Shown here: in pieces, positions 30,891 to 35,762 of the stretch
Layout of the letters: the number at the start of each line of letters is the position of its first letter
Numbering within the stretch: the stretch's first letter is position 1
Assembly: GCA_964387045.1 (NCBI GenBank)
Contig: CAYLVF010000001.1
Coordinates: forward strand, 1 to 35,762
DNA: 35,762 bases
From: an uncultured Melioribacter sp.
GTDB lineage: Bacteria; Bacteroidota; Ignavibacteria; Ignavibacteriales; Melioribacteraceae
Direction: 5' to 3'
Notes under the pieces: model-generated
The model's database searches: none
Seen by the model: the letters and a program-made list of their open reading frames with translations, nothing else
Told to the model about the DNA's origin: nothing
Translations under genes and position numbers: made by a program

Positions 30891-30915
30891 TTATTGAAGG
30901 ATATGATTTACTCGC

Positions 30916-31182
30916 TCATTCATAATGTGTCCACATTCGCAATACTTTTACTATTTTCTCTTTATCGTAAATTTGATAAACAACCCTGTGTTGAATATTT
31001 ATTCTGCGTGAGTATACTCCGGTTAAATCACCGACCAACTTTTCATATCGTAGAGGAGTTTTACGAGGATCCCGCTCAAGAATTTTTAAAACTTTTGAGG
31101 CTTTTTCTTTGAGACCTGATGAAGCTATTTTCTTTGCGTCTTTCTGGGCTTGCTTAGTATAAACAACTCTCCGCTTTACCAT
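30916..31182 (-). CDS. yoeB: Type II toxin, YoeB/Txe family mRNA interferase
   Basis: 88 aa. Contains ...LVGDLTGVYSRRINIQHRVVYQI....RMWTHYE, which carries the SRRI, HR-VY and terminal HY(E) hallmarks. Overlaps the upstream antitoxin gene by 7 nt. Confidence 0.85.
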   Translation of the reverse strand: MVKRRVVYTKQAQKDAKKIASSGLKEKASKVLKILERDPRKTPLRYEKLVGDLTGVYSRRINIQHRVVYQIYDKEKIVKVLRMWTHYE

Positions 31183-31418
31183 TCTAATTTTTCGGAACTT
31201 TTTTCAAGCGGTTCTTTCATTCCCTTTTGAATAGAATCTCTCATTCCGGGAATTGAAACAAGGGAAAGTGTTTCTTGAATAGACCTCCAATCGTCTTCTG
31301 ATAACAGAACGGCATTAGATCGCTTGCCAGTTATTTGAATAGGCTCATTTTCGGTTGATGCGGCATCTATGAGTTTATATATGTTTGCTCTCGCTTCTGT
31401 TGCTGTTACTGTTTTCAT
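31176..31418 (-). CDS. yefM: Type II antitoxin, Phd/YefM family
   Basis: 80 aa. MKTVTATEARANIYKLIDAAS...PIQITGKRSNAVLLSEDDWRSIQETL is the typical Phd/YefM N-terminal fold signature. Confidence 0.85.
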   Translation of the reverse strand: MKTVTATEARANIYKLIDAASTENEPIQITGKRSNAVLLSEDDWRSIQETLSLVSIPGMRDSIQKGMKEPLEKSSEKLEW

Positions 31419-31436
31419 TTGTTCACCTCAAAACAA

Positions 31437-31451
31437 ACGTACGTAATTACG
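31437..31451. promoter_or_regulatory. Palindromic candidate operator upstream of yefM-yoeB
   Basis: ACGTACGTAATTACG lies 19-33 nt upstream of the yefM start. CGTAATTACG (31442-31451) is a perfect 10-bp palindrome. It contains a GTAC core, as in known YefM-YoeB operators. Confidence 0.4.
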
Positions 31452-31467
31452 AGCGGAATATAAAGAA

Positions 31468-31620
31468 TTAAATACCCGGATGATTTTTCAACATTTTCAA
31501 AAATCCGGCATAACTAACACCAAGATGTTCTGCTGTTTTTGTTTTATTGCTATCGAATTTTCTGAGTGCTCTGTAAATTAGCCACCGCCTATTAAGATAT
31601 AATGTCTCGAAATCGAAGGG
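31468..31620 (-). pseudogene. Orphan 3' fragment of a Fis-type HTH (sigma-54 activator / NtrC-like C-terminal) gene
   Basis: The reverse-strand frame reads ...EPFDFETLYLNRRWLIYRALRKFDSNKTKTAEHLGVSYAGFLKMLKNHPGI*. There is no start codon and no upstream AAA+ domain. It abuts the uvrB-end remnant. Confidence 0.55.
31591..31613. repeat. Copy 2 of the 23-bp direct repeat (ATTAAGATATAATGTCTCGAAAT)
   Basis: Matches 30868-30890 at 21 of 23 positions. In both copies the reverse strand encodes (D/N)FET(L/P)YLN. Confidence 0.7.
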
Positions 31621-31622
31621 TT

Positions 31623-31689
31623 CTACTTTATCATCTTCTCCAATTTATAAATCTCATCTCTAAGCAATGCGGCTTTTTAGAATTCGAGC
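31623..31689 (-). pseudogene. Degenerate duplicate of the uvrB 3' end (last ~22 codons plus the stop)
   Basis: The reverse strand translates LEF*KAALLRDEIYKLEKMIK*, compared with the true UvrB C terminus [21 protein letters not shown]. By hand alignment it is roughly 80-85% nucleotide-identical to 32311-32377. Confidence 0.8.
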
Positions 31690-31781
31690 ACTTTAGTGAA
31701 TTATAAATTATATGCTTTATGCGATTGATTTATTAAGAAATTGTGATTATTATTTAACAAGAGAGAGAAGGAATTAAATGT

Positions 31782-32012
31782 ATGGTTGAAAGAATAAATA
31801 TCGATCCGAATATTTGTCATGGAAAACCCGTTATAAAAGGAACAAGGGTGTTGGTATCAAATATCCTCAGCGAACTTTCTCTTGGCAAATCATTTGATGA
31901 AATTATTGAAAATTACCCAAATATCACGAAGGAAGATATAGAGGCGGCGCTAAACTTCGGCAGTTACCCTTCAAACTATGAAACATTTCCCAACGATGTG
32001 AAAACATCATGA
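31782..32012 (+). CDS. DUF433 family protein (antitoxin-like partner of DUF5615/PIN-like toxins)
   Basis: 76 aa. INIDPNICHGKPVIKGTRVLVSNIL...YPNITKEDIEAAL is the DUF433 signature. GAGAGAGAAGGA RBS upstream. ATGA overlap with the downstream reading frame. Confidence 0.8.
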   Translation: MVERINIDPNICHGKPVIKGTRVLVSNILSELSLGKSFDEIIENYPNITKEDIEAALNFGSYPSNYETFPNDVKTS

Positions 32013-32295
32013 AGTTATTGATATTCGAGGCACGGAAAACGAAGGAATAACAGATAAAGAAATATTTAAGCTCGCTCAAAAAAATAAAGCTATCTTTTTA
32101 ACAACCGACAAAGATTTTTTTCATACGATACCATTTAATTTTACCAAACATTCCGGGGTTGTTGTAATTGCTCTCGACCAACCCAACAGCGAAAAAATAT
32201 TGGGAAAAATTATGTGGCTGTTAAACAATTTTGATTTATCAAAACTCCCAAACAAAACTCTTCTACTTAGAGAAACCACATATTTTGTAAGATAA
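32009..32295 (+). pseudogene. Decayed DUF5615 (Mut7-C/PIN-like) toxin gene with an N-terminal deletion and frameshift
   Basis: ATG 32009 gives MKLLIFEARKTKE* only. The next frame, open 32002-32295, has no usable start and reads VIDIRGTENEGITDKEIFKLAQKNKAIFLTTDKDFFH...GVVVIAL... This matches the family from about residue 30 onward. The N-terminal LDENLP acidic-motif region is missing. Confidence 0.6.
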
Positions 32296-32310
32296 TTAAA
32301 ATCTTATTCT

Positions 32311-34326
32311 CTACTTTATCATTTTCTCCAACTTTGAAATTTCATCTCTAAGCGAAGCGGCTTTCTCGAACTCCAAATCTTTTGCGGCGATGTGCATTTC
32401 TTCACGCATTTGTTCTATTAATTCTTTTCTTTGATCTTGTGTCATGTATCGAATTACCGATTCCGCAACTTTTGTGAAGTATGCTTCTTCTTTCTCCCTG
32501 TCTTTCTTACGTATGTCCGCTATAGATGTACCGGACATAATCTGCTCGCGGCTTTTCAAAATAGTTTGCGGAGTAATCCCATGTGCCTCGTTATACTCCA
32601 TCTGAATTTTTCGTCTTCGTGTGGTTTCGTCAATGGTTTTTTTCATTGACTGAGTAATTATATCCGCATACATAATTACTTTTCCGTTCACATTACGGGC
32701 GGTTCTTCCTGCAGTTTGCATTAATGATCTTTCACTTCTCAAAAACCCCTCTTTGTCGGCATCGATAATTGCAACCAGAGAGACTTCCGGCAAATCCAAC
32801 CCTTCTCTTAATAAGTTAACGCCGACGAGCACGTCAAAATCACCTATTCGCAAATCACGAATGATTTCAACACGTTCGAGTGCATCAATATCGCTGTGAA
32901 TGTAACGGACGTTTATATTAAGTTTATCAAGATAATCCGATAAATCTTCCGCCATTTTTTTTGTTAAGGTAGTAACAAGAATTCTTTCTTTTAAGACAAC
33001 ACGTTTTCTAATTTCACCGATCAAATCGTCAATCTGTCCTTTTACCGGTCTAACTTCAATTTCAGGGTCGAGCAAACCGGTTGGTCTAATAATTTGTTCA
33101 ACATAAGCACCTTTAGATTGGCTGAATTCGTAATCAGCCGGAGTGGCGCTAACGTAAATTACTTGGTTGGTAAGTTCTTGAAATTCTTCAAATTTTAGTG
33201 GACGATTATCCATTGCAGAAGGAAGTCTGAAACCGTGTTCAACCAAAACTTCCTTTCTTGAACGGTCCCCGAGATACATTCCTCTAATTTGTGGAATAGT
33301 AACGTGTGATTCGTCAACAATCAAAAGATAATCTTTCGGAAAATAATCGAATAAACACGATGGGCGAGAACCTGCCGCTCTGCCGTCCATATGTCTTGAA
33401 TAATTTTCAATTCCGGAACAATACCCGAGCTCTTTAATCATTTCCAAATCATAACGAGTTCGCTGTTCTAATCTCTGTGCTTCCAGATATTTTTCTTGAG
33501 ACCAAAAGTACTCGAGTCGTTCTTTTAATTCTGCTTCAATATCCTTTACAGCCCTTTTTATTTGATCTTTGTTTGTAACAAAGTATTTGGCCGGATAAAT
33601 AGGAACGGAATCAACTTCATTTATAACATTACCTGTAATCGAATCAATAATTGACAACCGTTCAATTTCGTCTCCCCACAATTCAATTCGAACAGCTTCT
33701 TCGTTTTGATAAGCAGGAATAACTTCAATTACATCGCCGCGTGCGCGGAAGGTGCCCCTTGTAAACTCCGCATCGTTTCTTGTATAATAGATATCAATTA
33801 GTTTTCGTAAAAGTTTTTTTCTTTCGATAGATTCACCTTTTTTGAGAAAGAGAATCTGTCTTGCATATTCATCCGGTGCACCGATACCATAAATTGAACT
33901 TACACTGGCAATTATAATTACGTCGTTTCTTCCTTCAATTAATGAGGTAGTAGCTCTTAACCGTAGTCTATCAATTTCTTCGTTAATTGAAAAGTCTTTT
34001 TCTATATATAAATCTTTCTTCACAACATAAGCTTCGGGTTGGTAGTAATCGTAGTAACTAATAAAAAATTCGACGGCATTGTCGGGAAAGAAAGATTTGA
34101 ATTCCGAATAAAGCTGTGCCGCTAAAGTTTTGTTATGAGATATTATTAATGTGGGTCGGTTAACGTTTGTAATTACATTAGACATTGTAAAAGTTTTACC
34201 GCTTCCGGTAACACCAAGCAGCACTTGATGCTTATCGCCGCGCAATATACCATCAGTTAATTCGTTAATCGCTTTCGGTTGGTCGCCGGTCGGTTTATAA
34301 TCCGAAACAAGTTCAAAATTTTTCAT
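32311..34326 (-). CDS. uvrB: Excinuclease ABC subunit B
   Basis: 671 aa. [17 protein letters not shown], Walker [20 protein letters not shown], helicase motifs, and the C-terminal UVR domain ending [21 protein letters not shown]. Confidence 0.98.
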   Translation of the reverse strand: MKNFELVSDYKPTGDQPKAINELTDGILRGDKHQVLLGVTGSGKTFTMSNVITNVNRPTLIISHNKTLAAQLYSEFKSFFPDNAVEFFISYYDYYQPEAYVVKKDLYIEKDFSINEEIDRLRLRATTSLIEGRNDVIIIASVSSIYGIGAPDEYARQILFLKKGESIERKKLLRKLIDIYYTRNDAEFTRGTFRARGDVIEVIPAYQNEEAVRIELWGDEIERLSIIDSITGNVINEVDSVPIYPAKYFVTNKDQIKRAVKDIEAELKERLEYFWSQEKYLEAQRLEQRTRYDLEMIKELGYCSGIENYSRHMDGRAAGSRPSCLFDYFPKDYLLIVDESHVTIPQIRGMYLGDRSRKEVLVEHGFRLPSAMDNRPLKFEEFQELTNQVIYVSATPADYEFSQSKGAYVEQIIRPTGLLDPEIEVRPVKGQIDDLIGEIRKRVVLKERILVTTLTKKMAEDLSDYLDKLNINVRYIHSDIDALERVEIIRDLRIGDFDVLVGVNLLREGLDLPEVSLVAIIDADKEGFLRSERSLMQTAGRTARNVNGKVIMYADIITQSMKKTIDETTRRRKIQMEYNEAHGITPQTILKSREQIMSGTSIADIRKKDREKEEAYFTKVAESVIRYMTQDQRKELIEQMREEMHIAAKDLEFEKAASLRDEISKLEKMIK

Positions 34327-34387
34327 TCGCTCTTCATCTTCTCTAACAATAAACGGAAAAAATTATCTCACAAATTAATATTGCTCT

Positions 34388-34430
34388 TAATCATAATCAT
34401 AATCTTACTCTCAATCCTAATTCCTAATCC
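34388..34430. repeat. Degenerate tandem hexamer tract (TAATCA-like, 7 units)
   Basis: TAATCA TAATCA TAATCT TACTCT CAATCC TAATTCC TAATCC. Lies 62-104 nt upstream of the uvrB start and overlaps the stop and last codons of the CcmE-like gene. Confidence 0.6.
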
Positions 34431-34770
34431 TTACATCATGTGCATGAAAAGAATTGTTTCTGTTTAAGTGACCAACCAGCACAATTGTTGGCGCGTCGTT
34501 CATTCCCGGGGGAAGCGAAGAGGGCCCGCTTACAAGAACCTCTCTGCCGTCGGCATCAATAACATAAAAAATTGATTCACCGGATGCGCGGTCAAGACGA
34601 ACACCCTTTTCTTTAACAAGAGAAACAATTATTTCATGCGAAGCGTGACTGTTCGGGTCAAATTTCGAAAACGATCCCAGACCATCACGCGGGGCAAAGT
34701 AACCGAAATACATTATTGCAACTGCAGCTATAATTAATACCGGGAGTATAAATTTTTGCATCTTCTTCAT
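34417..34770 (-). CDS. Membrane-anchored CcmE-like OB-fold protein (FCB-group CcmE/CycJ-domain type)
   Basis: 117 aa. N-terminal TM anchor FILPVLIIAAVAIMYFGYF. The C-terminal pattern FYVIDADGREVLV...PTIVLVGHLNRNNSFHAHDV resembles CcmE-domain proteins of Bacteroidota as I recall them from memory. Confidence 0.5.
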   Translation of the reverse strand: MKKMQKFILPVLIIAAVAIMYFGYFAPRDGLGSFSKFDPNSHASHEIIVSLVKEKGVRLDRASGESIFYVIDADGREVLVSGPSSLPPGMNDAPTIVLVGHLNRNNSFHAHDVRIRN

Positions 34771-34962
34771 ATCATTTCCTTTCGTTGAACTTTTTGATTT
34801 TTTTTATTCCGAATAGAACCGGAAATATACGCAAAGACATAGTTTTTTGTAAAAAAAATCGAAATGTAATTTTGAATCACTATCATTTATTGCCGTTATT
34901 TTCCCAAACACACATTTTTGGTTATGTTTGAACCATTAAATTAAAATCAAAAGGAACATATA

Positions 34963-35762
34963 ATGAAAATATTGGTTTTCTCGCTTTTGTTTTCTCTAAT
35001 AACATTAAGTATAAACGCACAAGATCAACCGGATACTACATTAAATAGATGGATGCTTGGCGTTGTTGCAGGTCTGAATATAAGTCAAATAGCATTCAGC
35101 AATTGGACGCAGGGGGGCGAAAATTCGTTAGCATGGACAATTACGGGAAAGTTTAATGCAATGTATAAAACCGAAAAGTGGGAATTCAAAAATGAATTGA
35201 AATCTGCTTACGGTCAAACAAAAATCGGAAGCGATCTTGTGAAAGTTACCGATAACGAACTTTTTATGGAAACAGTTTTTTCTTACAATATTGGGTGGGT
35301 TGTTGATCCATTTATAGGCAACAATATTTTAACTCAAATTTCTACCGGATACGATTATACCGATGCAGATAAAATAGAAATTGCAGACTTTTTTGATCCC
35401 GGTTACATTACACAATCTATTGGTTTTACATATGGGCAAAGTAAAATAGTCCAAACACGTTTGGGTCTAGCTTTCAAAGAAACAATAACAAGCAGCTTTA
35501 CAATGTACTCCGACGATCTCGACACGCCTGATAAAATAGAAACATTCAAATTTGAAACCGGTATTGAGAGCGTTACCGACTTAAAAATACCAATTGATGA
35601 AAACACGGCTTTTGTTTCTAAACTTGGCTTATTCTCCGCATTCGATCGATTTGACGTATGGGATGTAAGGTGGGATAATTTAATTACGGCAAAGATTAAC
35701 AACTGGTTGAATGTTAATTTAACTTATTTACTTATCTATGATAAAGTGCAGTCGCCGACAGC
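34963..35762 (+). CDS. DUF3078-like outer-membrane beta-barrel protein, 3' end outside the window
   Basis: This ORF is absent from the supplied track because it runs off the window. I translated it by hand and found no in-frame stop. Signal peptide MKILVFSLLFSLITLSINAQ, then GLNISQIAFSNWTQGGENSLAWT, the characteristic DUF3078 opening. Confidence 0.7.
   Translation, partial: MKILVFSLLFSLITLSINAQDQPDTTLNRWMLGVVAGLNISQIAFSNWTQGGENSLAWTITGKFNAMYKTEKWEFKNELKSAYGQTKIGSDLVKVTDNELFMETVFSYNIGWVVDPFIGNNILTQISTGYDYTDADKIEIADFFDPGYITQSIGFTYGQSKIVQTRLGLAFKETITSSFTMYSDDLDTPDKIETFKFETGIESVTDLKIPIDENTAFVSKLGLFSAFDRFDVWDVRWDNLITAKINNWLNVNLTYLLIYDKVQSPT

Noticed and set aside
30876-31112. 78-aa ORF on the + strand in the TA islet
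   Set aside because: It is exactly antisense to the well-supported yoeB gene, and its sequence has no family resemblance.
32431-32649. 72-aa + strand ORF
   Set aside because: It is antisense within uvrB.
34300-34326. GAAACAAGTTC near the uvrB start, considered as a Gram-positive-type LexA/Cheo box (GAAC-N4-GTTC)
   Set aside because: The spacing is one base short of the consensus and the sequence lies inside the uvrB coding region (codons for FELVS).
34279-34467. 62-aa + strand ORF (…LILLLIIIIILLSILIPNP…)
   Set aside because: It is a low-complexity translation of the AT-rich hexamer-repeat spacer and overlaps the uvrB start and the CcmE-like gene end on the opposite strand.
35403-35702. 99-aa - strand ORF
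   Set aside because: It is antisense to the open DUF3078-like frame, which runs from 34963 off the window edge.

Overview
This window is the chromosomal replication-origin neighbourhood of an AT-rich bacterium, probably FCB group (Ignavibacteriota/Bacteroidota-like). The taxonomic guess rests on a subtilase carrying a C-terminal NYPNPFNPST...type IX secretion sorting tail. The core is the classical dnaA-dnaN-recF-DUF721(DciA-like)-gyrB-gyrA block, with DnaA-box clusters on both sides of dnaA. Around it lie housekeeping and catabolic genes: asparaginase, a PLP methionine-gamma-lyase-like enzyme, M1 and S8 peptidases, PPK2, a multi-PAS histidine kinase, a GH13 amylase and an AI-2E permease. Further on come a bacterial type-A RNase P RNA (rnpB), recJ, yebC-ruvC-ruvA, uvrB, a CcmE-like protein and a DUF3078 porin-like protein. 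The only clearly accessory stretch is the ~1.8 kb ruvA-uvrB gap (30.5-32.3 kb). It is a mosaic toxin-antitoxin islet holding an intact yefM-yoeB pair and an intact DUF433 antitoxin next to a decayed DUF5615/PIN-like toxin. It also holds an orphan Fis-type HTH gene fragment, a degenerate duplicate of the last ~22 codons of uvrB, and a 23-bp direct repeat bracketing the yefM-yoeB cassette. I do not see a convincing new multi-gene system. The findings are structural oddities, mainly insertion scars, origin architecture, a long inverted repeat and motif-level protein curiosities, scored accordingly. All family calls come from motif recognition by eye. No searches were run.
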